Counted from the whole stretch's first letter, positions 1 through 11,179 are shown. The stretch: DNA of 63,533 nucleotides, filler included, from Globobulimina sp. (GCA_003354225.1; 37 parts of 37 records of this genome joined end to end with filler, not necessarily neighbours in it), one strand, 5' to 3'. Made by a program: numbers and translations. Notes: generated by a model from the letters alone, not told the origin.

Positions 1-597
1 GATTCTCTGATTCTTCATAATTTTTGGGAACAGTGTCATCATCGTCATTTTGTGGTGCTGAAGGAGGAGTAGGTGATGAAGCAACATACATGTAAGGAGG
101 TTCAACATCGGCAGCAGGCAACTAAACATAAAGCAACAAATCAGTGACAGCAAGCAAAACAAAACAAGGGGGTGAATGTACTGTATGTACACACATACAA
201 ATAGGATGTATGTACTGTTCTTCATGCGTGTACTGCATGCAATAAACAGTATCAAGCAAATGAAAGCGAGCAAAAAACACTGACTATCTGACATTATCAA
301 TGAAGCATTACGATGCTAAACAATGGAAAAACGTGCAATAGAAATGTGTGTACGTACTTCTTCATTTTCTGCTCTTAAATCGATTTCTTCTTCATCACTG
401 TCATTTTGAGGAGGGACTGGATTTGGAGCACGTCTCATTTTATTTAGTTGACGATTCACAGTAGAACCAGTGACTGAGACTCCCGTCATCTCCGAAATCC
501 TTTTAGCCAACTTCTCTCCTGTGTCCTTTTCATCTATGGGAAATTTCCGCATGAGTTCAATAACAGCAGGATCACCCCACTGTACGACTCGATTCAT
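1..597 (-). CDS. 3'-partial intron-containing gene with an N-terminal helix-turn-helix resembling Tc1/IS630-type DNA-binding domains
   Basis: Exon 1 (597-358) reads TGEKLAKRISEMTGVSVTGSTVNRQL. A phase-0 GT..AG intron at 357-122 joins it in frame to LPAADVEPPYMYVASSPTPPSAPQNDDDD. Confidence 0.55.
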
Positions 598-736
598 TAT
601 GAATTAATATTTGAACGATATATTCGAAATTTAGCCTTATTCTTATTTAATAATTACCAAAATCTTTTCAAAAAAGGAATGGAAACTCAATTTCGAAACA
701 AACGAATGAAACGGAGGGAAACAAAAAATTGGCTGA

Positions 737-822
737 GAAATTTACGGTCGATGCGTCCGTGAAATTTACGGTCGATGCGTCCGATAAATTACGGTCGTTG
801 CGTACGCAACGACCGTAAATTT
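737..822. repeat. Two 24-bp tandem units followed by a perfect 30-bp palindrome of the same motif
   Basis: GAAATTTACGGTCGATGCGTCCG(T/A) at 737-760 and 761-784; TTACGGTCGTTGCGT/ACGCAACGACCGTAA at 789-818. Confidence 0.9.
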
Positions 823-1294
823 AGCTAAGGCGGACCCCGCCGTCACCGTCTCCCCATCATAACCAGTGCCAAACAACGTATATTCCATTTAACACAATAC
901 AATATGCAAATTTTAAATACCTCACAAAGTAAAACAACTATGTACACACATTACTTTACAAAATTGAAAAGAAACACGAAACTTATATATATCTAACATT
1001 TTACATTCCCAAAAACAAAATTTACAACTCGTTATTAGAATAAAATATTTGTTTATTACAAAAATTTACCTTTATTTACAATATATATATACGTAGCATA
1101 TGACAATTTTTCAAAATTATTATTATTTTTTCATTCGTTTCTTCAAATTTCGGCATTATAATAATCACAAAATCAACATTAACCTAAAATTAAAAACAAT
1201 TACATAAAAATTAGTTTAAAATATAGAACATCACTAATTCCACTCATACATCATTAAACAATTGGAACTAACAAAAACTTCCACTCATACACTT

Positions 1295-1621
1295 GTACCC
1301 AATACTCACAAAACAAATTTTAGATCGATCCGGTCAATATTCAACCTTCTATAACGATTCCAATTCCACTTCCCAACCCTGCGAATCTCCGGTTACGGAA
1401 TTGCCTCATCGAAATTGACATGTATTTCGTGTTCGTACATGTACCCAATACCCACAAAACAAATTTCAACCGAATCCGAGCAATATTGAACGTTTTATAA
1501 CAATTCCTATTTAACTTAGGGACCCCGCGAATCTCCCGTTCCGGAATCGCCGAACCGAAATTGACATTTATTTTGTGTTCGTCAATGTACCCAATACCCA
1601 CAAAACAAATTTCAGCCGAAT
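1295..1621. repeat. Diverged 146-bp tandem repeat (about 2.2 copies, running to the contig end)
   Basis: The anchor GTACCCAATAC(T/C)CACAAAACAAATTT occurs at 1295, 1441 and 1587, and internal blocks align. Confidence 0.85.
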
Positions 1622-1721
1622 NNNNNNNNNNNNNNNNNNNNNNNNNNNNNNNNNNNNNNNNNNNNTTAATTAATTAANNNNNNNNNNNNNNNNNNNNNNN
1701 NNNNNNNNNNNNNNNNNNNNN
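1622..1721. other. Artificial contig linker N44-TTAATTAATTAA-N44 (first of 36, recurring about every 1.72 kb)
   Basis: The same 100-nt spacer, with stops in all six frames, separates 37 contigs sorted by length. ORFs ending in X...LIN are artefacts of it. Confidence 0.99.
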
Positions 1722-2851
1722 GTAATACCGCCCTTGTTCCCCTTTAAAATGCATAACGGTTTAAATGCGGTCCAAGTATAGATACTAGTGCGATGTTCCC
1801 GGCCACCAAACCCAAATATTTTTTCATCGTATTTCCGTATTTGCACTACATTCGCGCCATCATTTTTCAATTCAAGTTCCTTTTTCATTTTAATTTGATT
1901 CGAATTGTATTTGATTGCAAATCCATACAACATATTATTAGCGCCCGCACAAATTCCGCAAGTTTTCTTATTGTTCAATGCCATGCAAGTTAATGGTTCA
2001 TTTTGTCCAAATTTTTTTGAAAACAATATCTTCGAAGCCCGTACATCAAAGACATCGATTATTCCCGATTCAGATACAACAACACATAAAATTTCATTTC
2101 GTTTATTTGTATAAAAAGCATCCACACTCATTATCATTCCCCTTTTTTTATCATCCTTTGGTATGTCATCAAAATCCAATTGATTCACTATTGTACTGTT
2201 ATGACAGTCCCATATTTGCAACAAACCGCGCTGAAATCCGGTACATGCAATCAACAAATGCGAGGTATCAATATTTGAGGATATAATATTTTCATCATCA
2301 TCAGTATCAAGGTCAGCATTAGTGTTATATTTAGATATTTTTGTGTTATGTTTGTGCAGCATTTTAGACAATAAACTTTGATTTGCATTCGAGTCATCAT
2401 CAATTTGCTTTGCTTCTTCTTGTTTTTCATGTGCTTTGTTATGGTCATTAAGCATTAATTGCTGTTTTAAGTGCGTGACAATATTAAATCGGCAAAATGA
2501 AGAACATTGTGTGTCAAATTTAAAAATTGGTGTATTTTTCGCAATGTTTTTAGTATTATTTGATAATAATTTGTTTATATCCCAACCATGAATCCATCCA
2601 TGTGATGGTGAACGTGTTTGTGTAATAAACGTGTTGTTATTATGATGGTATTCAATGTTTGGTATGGAACATTGAGGTTTGGTTGGTCTAAACTCGTGTA
2701 TTGGTCGTCTTGTCTCTAAACTCCATATTTTAACTTCACCCGTAACATCACCAGATGCTAAGATATCTATTTTGTCATTATTTGTGTCCAGGAACTTGAC
2801 GCACGTCACATCTTCTTGATGTTTTCGTAAAATGTAAGATGGTTCGGGCAT
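1722..2851 (-). CDS. GNB1L: WD40 protein, GNB1L/ASA1-like (3'-partial)
   Basis: N-terminus PEPSYILRKHQEDVTCVKF, ...SGDVTGEVKIWSLETRRP, SSFCRF, and C-terminal GGREHRTSIYTW...KPLCILKG. Confidence 0.7.
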
Positions 2852-2960
2852 TTTGATGCTTAGATCCTAATCATCGATCCTATTGATTATGATCATGATG
2901 GAAACACTCATAAAGCAATGAAGGATACGTACATTGTATCATAAAACAGATCAGTAAGCC

Positions 2961-3342
2961 ATGATTACAAGTAAAACTCGTTTAGAGAGAAAACTACAGA
3001 AAGAAGATATAGCTAAAACATTTGTATTACACGACGATAATCAACTCGTGGGACCAAACTTACCGTTTTATCATTGCCGAATCAATGCAAATAAAATATT
3101 GGATGGATTATTCGTTGGCAATCAAGATGCCGCCAAAGATATAGAATTTTTAATGTCAATTAAATGTAAATATGTTATTAATTGCTCTGGAGGTGCTGTG
3201 CCTGATTTATTTACTCGATTTGGTGTTAGATATTTGACATTTCGGTGGTTTGATTCAAAATCCTGCACAATAGTCGATTCGCAGGGCAAAGCATGCCGGC
3301 AAATTCATAGATTTATCGAGAATGCACTCATCAGAGGAAAAA
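2961..3342 (+). CDS. Dual-specificity phosphatase family protein (3'-partial)
   Basis: KILDGLFVGNQDAAKDIEFL...YVINC...FIENAL, truncated before the CX5R motif. Confidence 0.8.
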
Positions 3343-3442
3343 NNNNNNNNNNNNNNNNNNNNNNNNNNNNNNNNNNNNNNNNNNNNTTAATTAATTAANN
3401 NNNNNNNNNNNNNNNNNNNNNNNNNNNNNNNNNNNNNNNNNN

Positions 3443-4212
3443 ACAAATTTATTATTTAATATATCTTTATTTAATTGTTTATGTTGAATTAATTGAATAA
3501 TTTGAAATAAATTATAATGCCATAAATAATGGACATAAAAGTGAGAATCAATATGTTTTAATCGAATATTCCATGGACTTATGTTATTCATCGAACTTAT
3601 CTCCAATAATATATCCCATATTTTATATTTTCGATTTGTTTCCATCTTCAAACATTGTCCACCTTTTAAACCTTTTCCTAACTCGATCCACGATGATTTA
3701 ATGGCTGCTTTATATCTCTTAAAATGTGAATGAATTTTCGATGCTATCACTAATTGTTTTGTATTAATGTCGCCCGTTTTTATTTGAGTTTTATTATAAT
3801 TATAATACGCATTGTCGATAAATGGAATATCAAAATATGTTTTAATGTTATTAATTGGGGACACGACGGGGAACGGTTGCAATCCAGCAACAGATATCCA
3901 TTGTATTTGTTCATTGCAATCATGTCCATTGTTAAGTGATGCTGGTACAATGCATATAAAATAATGAATACACGGATTAATGCATGCTATTACATATATT
4001 TCATCCCGTTTATTGTATAATGATCGTGGAATGGATAATGAATGTAATTGTGTTTGCTTTCTAATTTGGAGTGTTATAATTTTATTTGAATATGGATGAA
4101 TGCATTGTTTTGTAAACTGGTATGCTTCTAATCGAATATAAGTACCATTGATAAATTCAGTGCCACAGCCTTTGATGTGTATCTCGTTCTGTTTGAATTC
4201 AACGCAAGACAT
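3443..4212 (-). CDS. Hypothetical protein (3'-partial)
   Basis: ATG-initiated open frame of about 255 codons running to the contig end; no family recognised. Confidence 0.55.
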
Positions 4213-4778
4213 TCGGAATTCGAACCAAGTGACAAGTTTTGAGGTATAAAATCAAAAACAATTGTTTTGTGCTGTCGACGGACGACACAGCTGATTTCAC
4301 ACAAATGTATATGAATGTTTGAATATGTTTAACAGGAGTTTTACACTCTTTCTTTCTGGCTGATAGTTTGTTTGTATTCCACTACTTTGATTTATATATC
4401 ACCATCGGAAAAGAGTGCAAGCGTTTCTGTTGAACATATTCAAACATATATGCAAAAGTCCATATTTTGTTTTGTTGCTTTGACATTTTCGCAAGTTTTA
4501 GTTTGGTAATGTGTGGTATTGTGATGAGTAACTGCATTCAGGCCGTGATATGTGAGGTGACTCAACATTTGATGTGAATCAAATGCGCTGCTCATAATTA
4601 AATCTTAGCATCTGCACAAATGCAACTACGAAAATTCGCACATACAAAATTAGCGGAGAACTGTCATAATTTATATTTTTATCCAATATATTGCGTACAC
4701 ATTCTAATCGATATTTGTCAATAAACTATAATCTGATTATTCTCATTTCGATCTGGTTGTAATAAAAATACAATTAAT

Positions 4779-5063
4779 ATGGACATCCACTCGGAATTAA
4801 AGCAAATACCAACACAAATTACACAAATCAAGCAAATGGAATCGGTCCAATCAGAAATAAATACAATAATAGAAAATGCATTAGCTGGAATAGAGTTAGT
4901 TTCACCACCACCACCATTAGAAACTGTTAAAATTAATAATATTAAGGCTGAACAGGAAAAAGCAATGCAATTAAAAAACAAAATTGCAAACCTGTCATCA
5001 AACAATAACAATAATAACAACATTACCATACCAACACCACCCAAGCAGGAAGAGCAGGAAAAT
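4779..5063 (+). CDS. Hypothetical coiled-coil/Pro-rich protein (3'-partial)
   Basis: Open to the contig end; protein-like composition with a poly-N tract. Confidence 0.45.
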
Positions 5064-5465
5064 NNNNNNNNNNNNNNNNNNNNNNNNNNNNNNNNNNNNN
5101 NNNNNNNTTAATTAATTAANNNNNNNNNNNNNNNNNNNNNNNNNNNNNNNNNNNNNNNNNNNNCAAATCGAGAACAAAGTCAGAACAAATTTATAATTGA
5201 ATTTTCGGTATACAAAGGGGGGGGGGTTATCCAAACGGGGGGGGTTATCTTTTGGAATATATCGTTAAAAGAAAAATGAGCCATGCTGTCAGGAAAAAAC
5301 TGTCAGAATATTAGTAAGTGGGATACGTTTGAAAATGCATTTAGCCAACATCGATATTTCTTTTAATACTTCATATAGGAAAGAAAAAATTAAAGCTAGA
5401 AAGTACAGAAAACTTATTAATACACATCAAATACACATCAAACACACATCCAATCAATGCATCAA

Positions 5466-6784
5466 TCAATAATCCCAATCTTTATATTTCTTACCATCAA
5501 ACAAGTCCGACAATTGTTGATTATGCGCTCTATAATAATCCTTCAGCATACTCATTATCTCCTGACTATGCCACTTCCTATCCTCTGTTGGATGAGGTAT
5601 CTTGGTCTCTACTTCAACGCTAATGTCCCAATGTTCGATTTCATCCGCATCCACCGCCCGATGTTGATATCCTTTCCCTTTCTCCAACTCCACATTGTAC
5701 ACTGTGCCAGTAATATTCTTCCACGCCGCCTCTCCAAACGCCTTCACTCCCAAAAAGCCCTCCAAATCGCCCATTAACTTCACCGGATCGTCAAACAACT
5801 CACTACTTTCGCGAAAAAACAAATGCTCCGAATCGAACCGCTTCAGCCATTCCTTCATTCGCATCGTATATATCCCGCCAAACAACAACCGATTGATAAA
5901 TCCAACCACATCCCTTCCGACCACATACCGCTTGCTATAAAAATCCTGGCTCTCTTTATTCGCACTGCTCACTAATATCACTTGGTACATACTCAATTTA
6001 TAGATCGCTCCGATTATTTTTTCCATTTTATTCACCGGTTTCGACGGTGGTTTAGGTGCATTATCTCCAGTTTTCTCGTTATTTGCTTCATTGTCAGCCG
6101 GTGCTGTTGCGGATTGTGGTCGTTTTTTGAACGCATTGCGTTGCTGTTCGTACATATTTGCTTCGCTATTTATATATTCATCGTCATGGTCGCCAGAGTC
6201 ATCAATCTCATCTTCGTCTAATTCAGCGATTTCATCGTCGATTTCGTCTGCGATTTCAGTCAATAATTGCTGGTATCTGCCGTTGTTGAAGTTGTTGTAT
6301 TGGCCCTCGCCGCGGGTACGGACCAGCCGTTGTTTGGGGCGTTTTTTTTTACGACGCGCACCGTAACGGGTGCGGGGAGTCAGGGGTAAGTTGTTCATGT
6401 TATTCATGTAATTATTGGCCGCCCACATATTGTTCATTTGGTTTTGACCATAGGCGGAGTTGAACGGATTGTACTGATCCATTCGTGGGAATTGTTCCAT
6501 TTCTTCCATCTCCAACAATGTCCTCCTCACTGTGTACATAATTCAGTTTGAAACTGAGAAGAAAAAAGCGAACGTGCCCAATTTTTGTTAGTTTGAAACT
6601 AGATTTTTTTTCAAAAACATTTTCAGTTTCAAACTGAAATTATTTCCCAGAATTTCAGTTTCAAACTAGATCTAATTCATAGCTTTCGGATTGCAAAAAT
6701 GTGCAAGGATACGCTACCATGGGCATACCTATATTTTTGCCTTTATTTTTCTTCGCGTTTTCCAGTTCGACCTGCCGCTGCCTC
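5466..6784 (-). CDS. 5'-partial gene: low-complexity region joined to a sulfotransferase C-terminus (heparan sulfate ST-like); possibly chimeric
   Basis: C-terminus GIY..MKEWLKRF..E.LF...SELFDDP...LEGFLGV...MLKDYYRAHNQQLSDL. An intron at 6728-6530 joins it to an upstream exon RQRQVELENAKKNKGKNI. No 5'-PAPS-binding motif is visible. Confidence 0.65.
6543..6667. repeat. Four intronic copies of the palindrome AGTTT(G/C)AAACT
   Basis: Copies at about 6545, 6590, 6625 and 6657, all inside the intron at 6530-6728. Confidence 0.9.
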
Positions 6785-7012
6785 NNNNNNNNNNNNNNNN
6801 NNNNNNNNNNNNNNNNNNNNNNNNNNNNTTAATTAATTAANNNNNNNNNNNNNNNNNNNNNNNNNNNNNNNNNNNNNNNNNNNNAAGGGTTTATAGAGAA
6901 GATCAATCATTTTTAATTATTTAATTAAAAATTAAATTTTACCTTTAGATATCCCAAAAATTATCTAAGTATCTTTCCGACCTTTAGTACGATAGATTTT
7001 CATCGCACATTT

Positions 7013-7221
7013 GGGGCTACAACTGATCAGTTTGGTTATGCTGTGTCTATCTATCAAAATACTGTAGTAATTGGTGCGACTAATGACGATGACAAGGGAT
7101 CAAACTCTGGCTCAGTATATATATTTACCTTCGACGATACAACAAATGAATGGACACAGACAGCCAAATTAGTGGCAAGTGACGGAGCTTCATATGATAA
7201 CTTTGGTCGTTCTGTGTCTAT
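7013..7221 (+). pseudogene. FG-GAP (integrin-alpha beta-propeller) repeat fragment, truncated at both ends
   Basis: DQFGYAVSIYQNTVVIGATNDDDKGSNSGSVYIF...WTQTAKLVASDGASYDNFGRSVSI, then an abrupt break at TAGGGGTGTCC. Confidence 0.75.
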
Positions 7222-7966
7222 TAGGGGTGTCCGATATGTACTGATTTTTTTTTCTGTTTGAAAAGGTTTTTTTTTAAAGTACTGATCTTATCAAACACCT
7301 TGCAAAGCGGCACTATGCCAGTCTCACATCGTAATATATTGATGCTATTATTGTTAGTATCGCGCAAAATAAATATTATATATTATATATTGAATATTAT
7401 TGGGTTTTATTTAGGTGTTTGTTTCTAGAAAAGGTTATTTGCAAACAAGGGTATATAAAGTTCGACGTTTCGACAAATACTGTCTTCGTCAGGAAATGAA
7501 TTTAAAAGTAAAAGAGTTTTCGATAACAGAAAAACTCAAACTCAAAAAGTGTATCACTGTGAGATAGATAACTAAGAAAGAAAATAAGTATACAAAAAGA
7601 AGAAAGATATAGATATGTAAAGATTGGATAATGTTTACAGATTGGACAAAATAAAAATAAAAACAAATAAAGTGATATATTAATGATTGATGTGAAAAAA
7701 TGAAAATATATTATACAAAACAATAATAACCAAACTAAACAAATCAATATAAAATGCACATAAACATACCCCACAAACCAAAATAATGATAGTGAAGAAA
7801 TAAATAATCAATAAGGTACATACTATAACAACCAGATCAATAAAACAATTAAAGATAAAGTGTTTGAATGTTCAAACATATATAATCATGAATTCAATAA
7901 ACTATTAAAAATTCAGTGAAAAACAAATAAAAATAATATAAGTTAAAATGTAAAAAGGAAATATAA

Positions 7967-8126
7967 TTGACTTTTTAGGCTTAAACTTCTAAACACTTCT
8001 TTTGTGATTGGCAAGGTTTTTGGGTTAGCTAGAGTGATTTTCAACCTAGTATTCGAAGTTGACCTAGGATTCGAATCCTAGTATTCAAAGTTTAAGCCTA
8101 AAAAGTGTTTAAGCCTAAAAAGTCAA
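7967..8126. mobile_element. MITE-like element with 20-bp perfect terminal inverted repeats
   Basis: TTGACTTTTTAGGCTTAAAC (7967-7986) pairs with GTTTAAGCCTAAAAAGTCAA (8107-8126). There is an extra inner copy at 8088-8106 and an internal palindrome CTAGGATTCGAATCCTAG. No clear TSD. Confidence 0.55.
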
Positions 8127-8605
8127 ATATTGTTTTGTTTTCAAGCATTGAGTAATTTTAAATTTGAGGAAATATATGCCTAGAAAATTATTTACAATAA
8201 TTCAATTATTATTTATGAGGTTAGTTCTAAAAAAAATTGTTGTGAGCGATTCATAATTTGAGTGACTTGATTCATAAAAACTTGAGCGTCTTTATCCATA
8301 TTCATTATATTTTGCTGTCTCACCTGTTGATTCATTTAATTATTTCCGTTCCTATTCACTACATTATTTCCATTGGCATTACCCGAATTTATTTTTATTG
8401 TTACTTGTTTTGGTGAAGTACTAACTGACGAAACAGGCACTAAATCTAAAGGTATGTTTTCTAATGTTGCAGATGTTAACGTTGTTAATGTTGTTAATGG
8501 AATTANNNNNNNNNNNNNNNNNNNNNNNNNNNNNNNNNNNNNNNNNNNNTTAATTAATTAANNNNNNNNNNNNNNNNNNNNNNNNNNNNNNNNNNNNNNN
8601 NNNNN

Positions 8606-10000
8606 CGTAATTTTTCATTTGGCCCGAGCTTACGCTGGAACCTCTTTGACGGCAATCGTATTCGCAATCTGGTAAAAGTGGAAGATGCCCGAACTGAACA
8701 GATTTTATTGCGCTATGAACATACCCTTTTGAATGCCTTAAATGAGACTGAAAATGCATTGACAATGTACAAAAACAATCGCTTTTGGCGGTTGCACGAA
8801 CATTGTGTGCGTAGAAAGTCCAGCGCTGTTTATCCGCATTGGAGGGTGTTGTACGCGTCGAAGCCATTGACTTGCGACATTATATTAAACAAATTACTTT
8901 CGCCCATCACGGAGTGTCTGACTGCGTTTGGCTGGAAATGCAAACTATTGCTCGATTACGGTTATTTTCGGTTTGTGTTCAAATCCTCTGCCAAAGCCAA
9001 GTATTTATACGATATCGACGCTGGCGAATACAACGGAGACGGCGAGGACGAGATTGAAATCGTGCTGAAAGTGATGAAAACCGAGTTTGTGGACTGGACT
9101 ACGGATTGGATGCGACATATTCGCGAAGCGGTGTTCTTGCAAAATTTGCGTCGATGGGAGAATGAGTTCATGTCGTTGTATGGCGCACAGTTTACTTCGT
9201 TGGGACAGTCGCGCGCTTTCTACTATGTGCCGGAATTAGGACATTGTTTGTATCCAACTTATATCACAGTGACGCCGTTTTACAATCAAAGTTTGAGCAA
9301 ATTGACAAAGGACTTGCGTACTTCCAACATGACTTTGCGCAAAGTGACGCAAAAAGCATTGGAGATATTGAGTGGGTTGCAAGTGATGCATAACATACAA
9401 GGCGGGCCCTACATGCATACGGATATACAGCCGCGGCAGTTTATGGTTGATGATGAGCAAAATGTGTTGATTAATGACTTCAATCGCGGCAAGTTCCAAG
9501 AGTATTATTTTAAAAACGACATTGAAAACACAGACGATGGCAAGTCTGAGGTTATCATTCCTTGTACGTATTGCATGCCTTACTCGCATGGACATTATCG
9601 TGCTCCGGAAGAGCTGTACAGCGATCCGCTGAATGAAGGGCTGGATATGTGGTCCGTATGCTATACTATTTGGGATCTGTTCAGTTATGAAAGGCCGTGG
9701 GCGTCGATCGGGAAAAATTATGAAGCGATTAAGTATTTATTGCATGACTATAAGATGAGGTCGAAGTTCCCATATTCGATGCCGCCGTATTTAAAAGATA
9801 TATTTAGGCAATGTTGGAGAGAAAATATCTTCAACAGACCGGATATTAACGAGTTTATGCGATTGTTTCGATATTTTTATAAACATATTCATCGATTATC
9901 GGATGGCAAACAGCATTTAACTTTGCGCGAATTGCAGAAAACAAAAGCGTACAAAGAAACAAATTTTCCTGATATGGAGAAAATTAAAGAATACGCTTGA
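8606..10000 (+). CDS. Divergent protein kinase, PKDCC/VLK-like (5'-partial)
   Basis: G-loop LDYGYFRFV, VLK, HTDIQPRQF catalytic loop, LINDFN, YRAPEE and DMWS. The PRQF loop is characteristic of PKDCC-type kinases. Confidence 0.8.
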   Translation, partial: RNFSFGPSLRWNLFDGNRIRNLVKVEDARTEQILLRYEHTLLNALNETENALTMYKNNRFWRLHEHCVRRKSSAVYPHWRVLYASKPLTCDIILNKLLSPITECLTAFGWKCKLLLDYGYFRFVFKSSAKAKYLYDIDAGEYNGDGEDEIEIVLKVMKTEFVDWTTDWMRHIREAVFLQNLRRWENEFMSLYGAQFTSLGQSRAFYYVPELGHCLYPTYITVTPFYNQSLSKLTKDLRTSNMTLRKVTQKALEILSGLQVMHNIQGGPYMHTDIQPRQFMVDDEQNVLINDFNRGKFQEYYFKNDIENTDDGKSEVIIPCTYCMPYSHGHYRAPEELYSDPLNEGLDMWSVCYTIWDLFSYERPWASIGKNYEAIKYLLHDYKMRSKFPYSMPPYLKDIFRQCWRENIFNRPDINEFMRLFRYFYKHIHRLSDGKQHLTLRELQKTKAYKETNFPDMEKIKEYA

Positions 10001-10326
10001 TTTTGTTGATTTGATTTGATTTTATATCTTTCTTGTTCAATGTCAATCTGTTGTCTCTTTCTATAGTTTGCAATAGAAAAAACTTTCAAAAATTGGAAAA
10101 TGTCAACTGACAGTACTGACGCTTCAATTTTTTGTACGGTTGGATGAGGACGTTAGACCTGACACAGTTGTGAAGTTTTGGAAATGTTCGGAACTTCAAA
10201 TTTATCGAGATGCCGTACGACAGATCNNNNNNNNNNNNNNNNNNNNNNNNNNNNNNNNNNNNNNNNNNNNTTAATTAATTAANNNNNNNNNNNNNNNNNN
10301 NNNNNNNNNNNNNNNNNNNNNNNNNN

Positions 10327-10995
10327 GTTAACATTACCACAATGTGGATTGTTGAATTCGCTTTTCACCATTCCCATATCCAACTCATTATGTACTTTCA
10401 TCATCATCTCGTGATGCATCTGATTATGCATTACTTGGCATGCCATATTATGACACGTTGGAGCAGCCATCTCAATGATTAATGGCTGTGGTTTGGATAA
10501 ATATGATATTGGATGGGATTGCAATTTGGTTGCATGCTTCTCACATTGTGTACAATGCCATTTGTACGAATGCAACATTTCATCATGATGGAATTTTGCT
10601 ATCTTTTCCATAAATCTCAAACATTTTTTCTTATTTACGCATAATACGTTGAGATAATTTTTATCAATTTGATGTTGAAAAACAAAGGATTTTTTAACAT
10701 GTTCATCAATTGGATCGTTCAGTTTTGCTTCATAAATAACAGTAATTTTACCCATTGCTTTCATGTTACTCTCTTTTATTAATGCTTTAGTGGATATTTT
10801 ATGTTTTAATCGAATTGGCCATTTTCTTATATTTTGCTTCATGATCACACCACCAATGATCACAGCATGTTTACCATTCCATTCAACTTTATTCAAACCA
10901 TGCAATTCAACAACATCTCCCTTTTTGAAGTGAACCTGAATATCTTTTTTGGGAGTCATATAAACATTTGTCATAAAAGGGGATATACTCGCCAT
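10327..10995 (-). CDS. Protein with an SH3-like GDVVELHGL..WNGK module and Cys pairs (probable MYND-associated family; 3'-partial)
   Basis: FKKGDVVELHGLNKVEWNGKHAVI; CxxC and CxxxxC motifs. Confidence 0.6.
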
Positions 10996-11179
10996 GCTTA
11001 AAACAAAACAAAACAAAAAACCGCTAGCAACTGTGACTGTACTTGATATGCCAGATATGGACGGAGATAACCGATATCGAGTAACTCCCAAAAGGCATAC
11101 TTACAAGAAAAAAAAAAACGATATAATTATTTACGCAATTTTATCATTACAATACTTTTTTACAAACTACTACAGTATG

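Noticed and set aside
737..822. CRISPR repeat
   Set aside because: The units are directly adjacent with no spacers.
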